Part shown: positions 12,475-24,389 of the stretch, piece after piece
How positions within the stretch are numbered: the stretch's first letter is position 1
How the letters are laid out: the number at the start of each line of letters is the position of its first letter
Assembly (NCBI GenBank): GCA_028534125.1
Contig: CM052836.1
Span: forward strand, 9,362,001-9,426,000
Length of the DNA: 64,000 nt
From: Lama glama
Taxonomy: Eukaryota
Direction of reading: 5' to 3'
Position numbers and translations under genes: made by a program
Notes under the pieces: model-generated
The model's input: the letters and a program-made list of their open reading frames with translations, nothing else
Database searches by the model: none
What the model was told of the DNA's origin: nothing

Positions 12475-12974
12475 NNNNNNNNNNNNNNNNNNNNNNNNNN
12501 NNNNNNNNNNNNNNNNNNNNNNNNNNNNNNNNNNNNNNNNNNNNNNNNNNNNNNNNNNNNNNNNNNNNNNNNNNNNNNNNNNNNNNNNNNNNNNNNNNNN
12601 NNNNNNNNNNNNNNNNNNNNNNNNNNNNNNNNNNNNNNNNNNNNNNNNNNNNNNNNNNNNNNNNNNNNNNNNNNNNNNNNNNNNNNNNNNNNNNNNNNNN
12701 NNNNNNNNNNNNNNNNNNNNNNNNNNNNNNNNNNNNNNNNNNNNNNNNNNNNNNNNNNNNNNNNNNNNNNNNNNNNNNNNNNNNNNNNNNNNNNNNNNNN
12801 NNNNNNNNNNNNNNNNNNNNNNNNNNNNNNNNNNNNNNNNNNNNNNNNNNNNNNNNNNNNNNNNNNNNNNNNNNNNNNNNNNNNNNNNNNNNNNNNNNNN
12901 NNNNNNNNNNNNNNNNNNNNNNNNNNNNNNNNNNNNNNNNNNNNNNNNNNNNNNNNNNNNNNNNNNNNNNNNNN
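12475..12974. other. Assembly gap (500 N)
   Basis: N run. Confidence 1.
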
Positions 12975-15900
12975 GAAGAGGGGAGGCGGCACAGCATTAT
13001 ATTGTGTCCATTTGACAGATAAAAGTGACCTAAATAAACTTAAGAGCAGAGACAACAGTACAGTGCACTCAAATAACTAGGAAGTGATGAGTGTTTTTAA
13101 TGTAAGTTGTTTAAGTATATTTTATATAATTTAAATTTTGTATATTTTAATTTTGAATTGATGTACTTAACAAATAGCTCACAAATTGTCACCCAAATTT
13201 GACAATTTGCTCTTACAAGCTGGCATACGCTGGCCCCAGCGCACAGCTGCCTGAGAGGCAGAATATCTCAGTGCCGAAGTGCAGAGCTGTGTCCTGTGTG
13301 TATTTGGCTTTGCTGAGCAGGAACACGCAGAGACTAACCTGCCTCCTGGGCTCCCCTGACTCCCCAGCCTGGCAGAAGACACCCAGGGGTCTGGTGGTCC
13401 TGCAGTGTGCTTGGTGGCAGGGAAAGAGGAGGGTGTGCATGACCCTAGACAGAGACCCTCTCCCCACAGCTGTCATGTCTCTGCTCCTGGTGCTGCAGCT
13501 GGGGACCTAACTCTTGGAGACCCTGGACCCCTAATGAGTTTCACGGAGCCTGTGAGCTCCCTGAACTTGCACGCAAGCTTTTGTGGAGTGGGCAACTTTT
13601 CAGCAAAGATTGTTTATAGCTTTCAGCAGATTTCATCAAGTCAGGAAGGGTTGGGGCTGTTGGCACAGGAAGGATTGGCCTCTGGTTAACTTCTGAGGGG
13701 AGAAAACAGCTTTTCTGTCTGCTCCTGGGATTCTCTTCCTGCTCCAAGAACCAGGGCAGCTGGCCCTCACCTGGGAGGGCTTTGCCACCCGTGTTAGCTA
13801 GAGGTGCAAACAGAGGCGCTTCCTAGAGTGGACCGGGGCTCAGTGAAGGACGGAGCTCGTAGTTCACGGCTGTCGAGACTGAGATTGGCAGATGTCTCTC
13901 CTGACAGCCAGGCCCGGTGGCCCTGTCACAGGTAGGAGGGAGGGACAGGGCTCACTGTGCCCATATTTCTCCTTGGTTGAAGATGGATGCTCCCCCCGGG
14001 CAGCCGCTTCTGCTGCCTCCCTCCCCTCCTGGTCAAATGGGCTTTCCCAGGTTCCTTCATGCCACGTTGTCACCAAGACAAGTGCCCTCTGAGAGCCAGC
14101 AAACGGGAAGAGAAAAATAATGCTGCCAGAGAGTCTCCTGGCCCAGAACCGAAAGGACAGGCCCTGAAACGTTGTCTCCCTCCTTCTGGTCTTTGGAGGG
14201 TTTCCTTTGCTTGCACAAGTTTGCTCACAGTGTGGTCACGCTCCTTGGTGGCACTGGAAGGGTTAAAAACCTTTCTCCTTGAGGCCCCTTCCCAGACGTG
14301 CAGGTGGACGGCGGCGGGGGCAGTACCACGTGCGTTGCATCCGTGCAGACAACTCTGCCCCGTGCATCTCAGCGCGGGGAGCCCCTCGGTGCCGCCTGCA
14401 CAGAGAGCCGCTCTCACCCTGAGCGCCGCGCCCTCCACGCCCTGCTCATTTGTGCGCCGTGGAAACTGCCGGGGAAGGGCTGCCCGCATGGGAGGGAGTC
14501 CACATCCCCATGCGTGGTCCTGGAAAGGCCCTCGACAGTCGAGGGAAGGAAAAGGCGTGAGAAGGAGCTGGTTTTTCCAGGTATATAATGTGGTCCCATG
14601 TTTTATAGTTAAGGTCTTTTCTGAATCTTCTTGGTAAATACTTTCAGTGTATTGTGAGTGGGAGTGTCTGCCAGCCAGTCTCCACTGAGCAGGTGATCAA
14701 AAATGTCGCCAGTGTGTGGTCTGCTGTTGCAGGTGGGCCTGTGTGACTGAGGGGTGTGCCCCCATCTCCCACCCCCGAGAAAGGAGCTCGGGGGTGCTGG
14801 AGCTCTGTGGCATGCGGTGTTTGGTGGGGGGAGTCCAATTTGGATGCTGTTTTAAGGATTTTATACTAAAAGATGTTGCAGGCAAGGGGCTTATTGATAC
14901 AGGGTGTGATCCCACATAGGCACACACAGACGCACACGTGGACACACACACGGACGCGGAGAGCCAAGGACGAGGAGCTCGGGGAGATGCTCACACGGCA
15001 TCCAGGAAGCCCCTGCGGGGGGAAGGCGGCTGTTCTGCTAAGAGTCGTCTGCACAGCCTGCCGGGAGGAACTGCCCTGCGGAGTGGGCCCCGCCTGTCCC
15101 ATGGACTGGGTCACCATACGCCAGCTTCCCTGTCACTTTCGGGGCAAGCATCACCCCGTGTACCCAGTAGCTCAAGCATCCTTGCCATCGACTTTCACTT
15201 CTCCATCACCCCCCGTGTCTCCCTGAATCCCCCGACTCCTTGTCTCCGGGTTCTGGAATTGTCAGTGGTCAACCTTACTTATTGTGACATGTGCTGAGCC
15301 AGACTCAGGCGAGGCCCTGAGGGCGCAGAAGAGAGAGTCACTGTGAGGTCAGAGCTGCATGCCTCCCACCCACCCTGATCTGTCTGTGACGGGCTTTGGG
15401 GCCATCAGAGGAGGGAGCTACTCATCTCTCTGGGGGCTGGCAGGGCCTTGGTGGAGGAGCTGCAGAAGGAGGGGCTCACGGGGCCGAGGGCAGCCCTGCA
15501 TGTGCTGAGCGCCTTGGGAAGGAAATGCCACGTGTGCAGGATGCGGTGGTGGGGCTTGTGTGGCTCACGCCTTCCCCCTCGCCCCCCAGCTGCAGGGCCG
15601 GAGCAGAGGGGGAGGCGGTTAGGAGGGAAGTGAGCCAGGCCTGAGGTCAGCGCTGCGATAATTTCCTCTCGGTGGATGTTGTGAGAGTAGCTAACCTCCC
15701 AGGACCCTTGGGGACCCCGTTTCCAGCTTGGTGGAGGAGGGGCCTGTCGCCCAGACAGGTCATTTACTCCTGACTCTGTGCCTGCCTGTTTGTGAACGGT
15801 GGGAATTTGAAAAGCAGACGCTCATGTAGATTTAGACATTAAATTCCTCTGTTTGCAAACCTGCTGTTTGCCCCAGCTGGTCTCCCCGTCAGCCCAGGAT

Positions 15901-16914
15901 GCCGAGGACCTAAACCGGGTAGCGTCTGCAGGGAAGAAGGATGGGCTCTCCCTGCTCTTTCAGTCTCAGGCACCGATTTTGTGCTCGGCGGGTTCTGTTT
16001 TGAGCTCCGACCAGGTCCACCGCCGCCGCTTCTCAGCCTGCTCCCGGGTTGGCCGCAGAAAGGGCTGGGCCGCTTAGAAGCAGGATCGCCCACGGGCATT
16101 TGGAAGAACAGACTGACTTTGTACAGATTTATCATTTATCTCCTTACTTTAAAACTGTGAAGATCATGTAACACCCCCCCAAATTTTGGCAAGAGATAAC
16201 AAGCCATCAGTGATTCCACCAGCCTCACATTTTCGTTCATACGATGCAGTTTCTCATCACTGGAATAAGGGTCAGAGCCCTTTGGATTCTGGTTTGTTTG
16301 TTTTTTCTTGCTTTCTTTTTTCCATCCTAACATAAGCATATTCCCTGTGGCTGCATGTCTTCACAACGCTCATTTTTGAAGCTGCGTAATATTTCATTGT
16401 GTTAACTCTAATATCAAAATGGACATTTGCTTGCTTTTTTTTTAAAAAACAAAATAGAGGGCTCTGATTAAAAACAAAATAACATGTAGCTTGCAAAGCC
16501 ATCTGAACTACATCATGCAGCTGAGCAGTCTTCTTTCTTAGTCCTTCCAAGGAATGACAATTATACAGGGAGACCACATGCTCATTTTGGGGGCGGAGTC
16601 GGGTGGGCTTGGAATTGCATTTGAAGCCATGGTGACAGTGGCCTGAGTTTTCGTCCACTCCTGTAGATCCCTCGTTGTCAGCAACTATGTTCGCTGGCCG
16701 GGGCTACTGCTGTGGTCTTTGGCTGGAGAACAGACTTTCCCCTTTGTGAAATGAAATGACTCATAAGGAAACAAAACCCAAGGCTTTGGCTTCATTGGTC
16801 CCACCATCTACACCAAGATTCTTAATCAGGGGTGCGTGAATCATTGTGAGGGTTCTGGGGCAGAGGGGTCCTGGAACTGACCACAGAATGGGAGTGTAGG
16901 GGGATGGGCGTAGG

Positions 16915-17002
16915 GCACATGCACAAGGTCTTGGGTTCAAGCCCCAGGATTTCCATTAAAATAAACAAACAAACAAACCTAATTACTCTGCCCTCAAAAA
17001 AA
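16915..17002 (+). mobile_element. Second, 5'-degenerate copy of the same SINE
   Basis: catgcacaaggtcttgggttcaagccccag...aaacctaattac...aaaaaaa aligns with the copy at 5360. Confidence 0.75.
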
Positions 17003-18249
17003 TTTTTTTTAAAAGCCAAAGCATTTTTTTAAAAATTCGACGTGTATGCACATAAGTGTATTTTGGGCGGATAGTGTCTGTAGTTTCACCAGATTCTCAA
17101 AAAGAGGCTATGGCCCCCAAAATGTTTTAAAAAACAACTGACCCCCCTTGTCTCGCTCGCTTTCTCCACCTCCCCTCCCCCCACTCTGGGGAGTCTGGGG
17201 TTGAACTGAAAGGATCCTGAAGACCTGTGTCTACATACAGAAGTCCAGGTGTGGGTTGGGGACCACATTCTCCCCATCTGGGGGCCCGGGACTTGAACCC
17301 GAGTCTGTCTCGCTGCCAGATCTGTGTGTGCGCACCCGTCGTGCCGAAGTGCCCTCCGGTGAAGAGAATTGCTCCTGGTTTTACTTCTTTAACCAAAGCT
17401 AATTGCTAATGTGTTCAAGTAAGCGGTTCTGGCATGATTCTGGCCCCTGGGTTCTTAACTAAAGGAAATGTTTTGGTATTTTTTTTCAGCCTTGCTTTCT
17501 CTCCGGAGAGTCAGATGGACACAGAAGTATTTGTGGTGGGTTATTCTTTCTTTTTACAAGCATTAACCAGAGGAGATGAGCAGTGTTTATCAAACTGAAA
17601 TGTTATCTTTCAAGGCTTAAGGAGCCAAAGGAATTTGAAATCCAAGAGACCCAACCCAACAATTCAACCCTATGGGTGGGAGACTTCAGCCCATGATTTC
17701 CTGAATACCAATGGGCCTTTTCTCTTCAAACAGATGTTTTTATTAACAATAAACTCTTTGGCACCAGTGAGTGACTCTGGCTTCCTAAATGTGTTTGACT
17801 TCCTCTCTCTCCTGTAACCTTGTTCTGAATCTCCGTAAACTAGTGGATACCTGGAGGCAAGAAGATGGAGCAAAATTCAACCTCCTGTCTCCTTCCTTCC
17901 CCTGAGAATCTCTGTGAAATTAACCACTTCTTATTACTGAAAATTGGCAGCCCTTAAAGGAGAAGGACTCCCTGAAATCTGGGAAGTTCATCACACATTA
18001 AAAAGAGTAAATTATAATTTCATCTTGGGCATCTTAGATGTAATACGACACTGAACATTCAATCAGTGTGCCTGGTTGGCCCCATAGTATTGGCTAGTGA
18101 TCAATAATCAGTATACAGAATAATCCTGGCTTTTAGTATCAGTGGCATCTGTCTACCATCGTCCTGGTAAATTAAACTGTTTACTCTTTATGGCAGTAGG
18201 GTATTAGGGAGAAGCGGATAAGGAGGCATTATCTCATATTTGCGTTTTC

Positions 18250-18440
18250 CCTGATTGATCCGTTCATCGATGGACATGAGTTGCATCCATCGTGCATATT
18301 CTGAGCAATGTTGCTGTGCATGTTGGTGTATGTATCTGTTCAAGTCTCTGCCTTCAATTCTTCGGGGCACGTACCCAGATGTGGAATTGCTGGATCGTAT
18401 AATTCTACGTTTAATTTTTTGAGGAACTGCTATACAGGGC
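18250..18440 (-). mobile_element. L1 fragment (antisense)
   Basis: gatggacatgagttg...gtacccagatgtggaattgctggatc...ttttgaggaactgc. Confidence 0.7.
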
Positions 18441-19959
18441 TTTGGAGTTCACACTGAGTGAGGGGACTCCGGTGGAAGGCTCTGGGTGGGGAAGTGACAG
18501 GGTGTGGCCTGCATTTCCCAGCATCACAGTTTGGCTGCTGTGTTGGAAACAGGCTGGTGGGAAGGCAGGGAAAGAAGCAGGAGGCCAGCTAGGAGGCCAC
18601 TGCAAGATCCTGGCTTAGCAGAAGTAGTCCAGTCCTGGCTGTGTGTTAAAGGCAGAGCCCACAGAATCTAGCGATGGCTTGTTTTGGGGATGTAGGAGTT
18701 ACCATTTACAGAGATGGCAAAGCCTGGAGACCAGCAGGTTTCGGGGAGGACGAGGGGTTGATTCTACCCATTTCAAATCTGAGCTGTTTACTAGAAATCC
18801 AAGTGGCAATTAGGAGTGGTGACATCGTGAGCTCGTTCTCTGAGCCCTGCTGGCCCTTCCTCTGGCTCTTTTCCCATGTGGATATCATGGGCCTCCCAGC
18901 CTCCAAGCACACCTGGACCCTGCAGGTGCCTCTAGGCTTCTGAGAGCCCCTACTGTCGCAGCTTATGCCTTGCTCCCCTGTACCTCGCCTGCTTCCTGAG
19001 TCCTATTTGAGAGAGAGCTTCTCCTGGGTGTGAGCAGCACCTTGTCGGGGCAGGAGGCAGCCGCCCAGCTCTTGAAGACCACGCTACTTCTGCAGTAACC
19101 AAGCCAGCTGCCCTGAGACCCTGCCTGCTACCTGTGCGGCCTGGGGTTCTGCCGTCAGAGCTCTTGACCCCACTGCATGGTGGGGTCCTATTCCCCCAGG
19201 TCCCAACAATTGGATCCTGAGTCGAGGCCCCCTCTCAGCTGAGAGTGACTTCTGGAAAGCCAAAGAAGTACCTTTTCCCCATAGCAGCTTCTAGAGCAGC
19301 CCAGCCCGGAGCCCACAGTGGTGGGGGGACCAGGGTGGGGGGCTCCAAAAGGAGACATCAGAAGGACATGGGAACTGGGCATCCTCAGATGGTGGCTGAC
19401 AGTGCGAGCGAGGGACACCCGCCACTCAGAGCTCACTTTATAGAAGAGGAGCCCGAGGCTGGGAGAGGGCAGGGGAGGATGCCATGTCCACAGCTGGTTG
19501 ATGGTTAAATCAGGTCTGGATCCCAGTTCTCCCAGTTGCCTGGGACTGGCAGTACCCCACTGAGCAACCCTTTGGCTTCAAACAGGGGGCACTTTATCCT
19601 AAATGAGGCACAAGCTTTCAAATTCAGGCCCAGCTAAGGACCTAGATGGTGGGTGCTCCTGGCTGAGCTTGGCTTCCCACAGCAAACATTCACCTTCATG
19701 TATGATTTTTTTTAATTTTTAAAAACTGACCTGTAAAATCCTTGCAAGATACTGGGTTGCAATTCTGAGCTCAGACATCCCAGAGCAGCAGACCAAGCGG
19801 GGGAGCAGGGCAGAAGGTCCTGATTCTGCAGGAGGCGCAAGGGGCGTCTCTTTTCCCTCCAGAGACGGCCCCTCCCACCTCTCAAGGTCACCATCACCTT
19901 GAGGTTGGCATCTCCCCATTTCCCTCTCCTTTCCCCATGTCCACACCTTCGTCCCCCAG

Positions 19960-20600
19960 CTCTCAGCGGGCCCCCTGCAGTATGACCGGCCTGGTGACCC
20001 TGCTTCCCGTCTCGCCCCACAGTCTCCACCCGCGGTCAGCCTTCTAGCAGGTGGGGGGCGGCGTGAAGCCGTCCGGGGGTGGCTTCTGGAAAGGCAGCCC
20101 GGCTCCGTCGCCTGCCCTCCTCTCCGCCCTCACCTCCTCCGGCCGCCCTGCCGGCTCTGCTCCAGGCTGGGCCCCCCGAGGGCCTGCCCGCCTGCTGTCC
20201 CCCTGCCCGGGCAACCTCGGAGGAGCTGCCTCCAGTCACTGGGACCGGCGTGAGCGCCCGCCCCGCGGGGAGGCCTGCCCTCGGCCGAGCAACCCAGCGC
20301 CGCCGCGGTGAGCCCATCACAACGCCTCCGCTCTCGGCACAGCGCCGGCCTCCGTCGGAAATGACTGGCCATTTCCTTTGGTTTTTTGCTGCCCATCCTC
20401 CCCTTTGCTCGCCTCTGGGCCAAGCAGCACATCCCCGGGCTCCTTGCCCGCCGGGCGCCCAGGACCCGTGCCCACGGGCCTCTGTCGGGGAGAACGGGCT
20501 CCTCACAGGCAGTGAGGGAGGCAGGCGTCCGTCCTGCGCCGCCGGTGCCGGAGGGCCACGCTGCCCCGGGGGGGCCGGCTCACAGCTGCTGGCGGCCCAC
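19960..20600. promoter_or_regulatory. Intronic CpG island (intron 1)
   Basis: Very high GC and CpG density relative to flanks. Confidence 0.65.
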
Positions 20601-20849
20601 GCTGTCTCAGCCTTTCTGGAAAGCAGTCTGACAGTTTGGACCAGGAGCCCCGAAGCGATTCCTCAGTGCTGGTCCCAAAGTGAATTTCCCTCTGAGAGCC
20701 TGAACAAAGTCAACATTATGGACCATAATAATGAGCTGTACATTGCGTCACCATGACTGACTGACTGACTGTGTAACTGGAAGTTTATACCTGTTAGAAA
20801 TGAGGTCTTGAAAAAAAAACCCTGCATTTTTCTAAATGGTCAAAGGGAG

Positions 20850-23430
20850 TGACTAGGCCATACACAGAAGGAAAAACCCAGAGAAATCCGTAAGCATCTT
20901 AACAGTAACCAAGGAAAAAGAAAACAGAAAGATTCCACGTTTCACCCATCCAATTAGTGAAACGTAACGTCTCATGCCACCAGTTTTGGCAAGAACATGG
21001 GGAAATGAGAACTCTTAGGTACTGCTGGTGGGAGCACAGGTGGGTACTCTGGGGACCATTTTGGGACTCCAAGTACGGCTGCAGGCTCTCACCCTGCCGC
21101 CCTGTGCATTGGAGCCACGCTGTCCACAGAGGTCCTTACACGTGTGCACACGGAACATGGGCTCCTCAAAGTGCAGTTTGTCGTTAAGAAAGAGTAGGGA
21201 CAACTCAACTGCTCCTTAGTGAAAAAAATGAACGAACAGACAAATAAAATGAGATTTATTCACTTAGTGATAAAGTGGAGATTCGAAAGTAAAAAATGAG
21301 TAAATAATATTTATTTAGTAAATATTAATTAATTTTTACTTAGTAAAAAGTGAATAGACAAATAAAATGAGGTTTATTTACTTAATGATGGAGTGAAGAT
21401 TTAAAAAATAGAAAAACTAGGGATCCGGAGAGCAAAATGAGCAAATCTCAGAAACATAAGTTTGGGTAAAAAAAAGCAAGTTGTAAAAGAGGTTGTATGC
21501 ATTATGAAGCCATTTTTGCAAAACATACAAAAGCATACACTTAAGTACATATTTATATGTCAAATGTGTAAAATCATGTATGGTAATAACACCCACTCAC
21601 TTAAAGATAATGATTACTTTGGAGACAAAGAAAGGAGAAAATAATGATCAAGCTTTTAGTTCTATCTGTGGCATAAAAAGAGAGAGAGGGAGGAAGAAAA
21701 AGTGAACTGAAGTAAGCGTGATAAAATATTAATGTCTGATGTGAGTGCATTCATTTCTGAGCTTTTAATGCACATAAAATATTTCAAAATTAATAGTGAA
21801 AATAGTGAAAATTAATATATATATATATACCTTAAACTGGTGCATATATCTGTAATCTTGGGGTGGGAAAGATATTTCTGAGTGGGCACCAGGCAAAGAC
21901 TGATAAGGAAGATTAGTGAGCCGACTAGATAAAGTTGATAACCTTTTCTGTAGAATAAATACTGTCAACAAAATTTAAAAGCAAAAGATAAATTGAGAAA
22001 AATATTTGCTAGACATGACAAATTAATGTATAAATTAAATATATTTATTGTATAAAGAGGTCTATATATAATTAAGAAAAATGATAAACCATCTCAATGT
22101 AAAAATGAGCAAAGCACCTGGACAACCAACTCATCATTTGAGAAACACAAATGGTTGATAAATACATGATAAATATTGATAGAAAATTAAAACCATGCTG
22201 TTTATCATTTTTCATTTGACAAGTTGGCAAATTGGCAAAGGTTTCTCTGAAACTTGATAAAAGCCATTGACAAAAGACAAGGGAAATGAGCTTTCTTCAT
22301 CACTGAGAGAAGAATGTAAATCAGTATTACAGTTCAGCATCGGAGCTCAAGATCCTTAAAAATGTGCATCTTCTTTGACTTAGCAATTCCACTTGTAGAA
22401 ACATAGCTTTAAAAATATTGGAGCAACAAGTAAACGTATATTCTACAGGATGTTTACAGCACATGTTTATTTATAATAATCAAAGGTTGAAAATAACTTA
22501 TTTGACCCACAGTGATTAAATAAATTAATATTAAGTCTGTAGATGGCATGCAGTTAATAATATTGGTTCCAATATTGTACTTATGTATATGTAGTTTACT
22601 CTGGATTATTTACTGAAGTAACCACGTTATAATATTGGATAAACAATCTGGCCCCGCTTTTAAAAAGTGTATTTGCATATGTAAAACCTCTGTAAAATTC
22701 ATCACCACGTGTTCATAGTGGTTCTCAAGCCATTTCAATTTTTTCCTTTTATAGATCTGAATTTTCTGATTTTCAACACGTGTATATTACTTGCATAACA
22801 CAAAATTAGATTGAAAAGTAAAAGATAGCTTTTTAAAATGCATTAACTTAGGAAGTATGAAAAGAATGATAACCTTTGTTAGAGGAAGTGCAGGGAAATA
22901 CACACTCACATCCAGCTGGGTGAAATGCCTGAGGACCATTTGCCGAAATATATCAGAAAACTTAAACGCTTTACGCTCTGAGCCCAGCAGTCCCACTTCT
23001 AGGGTTTTTAACCTCAACAAAGATTAATGAGGGACATGAACAAAGATAAAGTACATAAGCAAAGGACATCTTTGCAGCATTATTTCTGATGCTAAAAAAA
23101 ATGGCAGCAGCTTGAGTGAGGAACAAGAGGAATGATTAAAAAAAAACATGGTACAACCTTCAGATAAGATGCCCCACAGCCTTGCACGCGATGTTGCAGG
23201 CACAACGGGTAAAAGGTGGCCATGGTGCACTCTTAAAACAGGTCACAGAACAGGATGTAGATAATGATCCCAGGTTTGTGTTTTCAAAAGATGCCAATGG
23301 AAAATTACACACCAGCGTGTTAACTAACTGTGGTTATCGCTGGATGACGGTGGTGTAGGGAGGTTTTATCTTCCTCTCTAGTTTTTGAATTTCCTGTATC
23401 AAAAGCAAATAACGTGCGTAAAGAGGAAAG
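20850..23430 (+). mobile_element. Cluster of degraded old L1 (L1ME-like) 3' fragments
   Basis: AT-rich, with repeated L1 ORF2-end/3' UTR motifs (actgctggtgggag, gacttagcaattccacttgtag, gcccagcagtcccacttctagg). Confidence 0.6.
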
Positions 23431-24219
23431 TGTATTTAATGTGATTCGTTAGAGGAGGCAGGGTCCTCCCAGCATGGCCTGAACTCATAAAGGACAGAAG
23501 TCTGTCACCTATTTCATCCTTTCTGATGTTGCTCAGGAGCACATGTCCCATATGTTTTTAAGTAATTGCCTATTCTCTTTTATTTTTACTTTACATTTAA
23601 AAACAATACTTAAGGGTATTACGTATTTGAGCATATTGTGCTCTGTTTAATCCGAACTGCACAGAAGTGTGTAAAGCAAAAATGTGAAGTCTTCCCTTCC
23701 CTTTGCCTGTGAAGTCCACTCTCCAGAAGTGCACCCGTTAGCAGTTTCGTTTATACCAAGGGCTTCAAGACATTCTCCTTCCATTTGCAAATGTATTTAT
23801 ACTCTCCCCCCTTTTTTCTTTTCCACGATCATTTCATACAAAGCATTCTGCAATAGACTTTCACTGAACAGCAGTGTATTCCAGGCATGCTTTTGCAGTT
23901 AGATCTTTTATTCTTTTACTAATTGACTTACCTACTCATTCATTTACCTGGTTACATTTTATAATTATATAAGTTATCCATAAATATTGTTTCTTAAAAT
24001 GTGGCAAGCTTCAAAGGGTCTAGCCTGAAAAATGAAAGTTTGCCACCTCTGTCACCATCCCCAGGAAGTGAGCGATGATAATATTTTTTGTTTTTAAATC
24101 TCCTTTTCATTACCTTTACAACTTTGAAGAACGCCAGCACTTTTATCTTTAAAATCTCTGGGCTAGTTATACTGATTCTCACCATGAGAGATGCAGAGTG
24201 ACCTTCCTTACCTGCCTGC

Positions 24220-24385
24220 CACTTGTACCCTCTCTTCTGTATCGAAATTTCCATCTGCGGTTGGTTGAGTTTGCAGATAAGAAACCGAAATATATGAAGG
24301 GCTGATTATGGAACTTGAGAAAAGGGGGTTTTGGTAAACGTAGGGGCTCCTGGAATCAATCCCCCTACAGGTGCAAGGACTGCGT
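24220..24385. mobile_element. TcMar-Tigger (MER2-like) MITE
   Basis: ttccatctgcggttggttga...ggctcctggaatcaatcccc...ggactg. Confidence 0.55.
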
Positions 24386-24389
24386 ATGG

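Larger units (their letters stand above)
11958..13249. mobile_element. hAT DNA transposon fossil (MER63/Blackjack-like), interrupted by a younger L1 and a gap
   Basis: Imperfect TIRs cagggatgtgctgg and ccagcgcacagctg (10/14); 8-bp TSD-like flanks accgagag and cctgagag (6/8). Confidence 0.65.

Noticed and set aside
12436-13080. Long ORFs of X residues (also 28570-28919)
   Set aside because: Artefacts of N gaps
13987-14637. 216-aa ORF (also 31121-31774)
   Set aside because: No homology cues; the second crosses a microsatellite
20079-20756. 225-aa ORF
   Set aside because: Low-complexity P/A/G, non-ATG start, no domain; explained by GC richness
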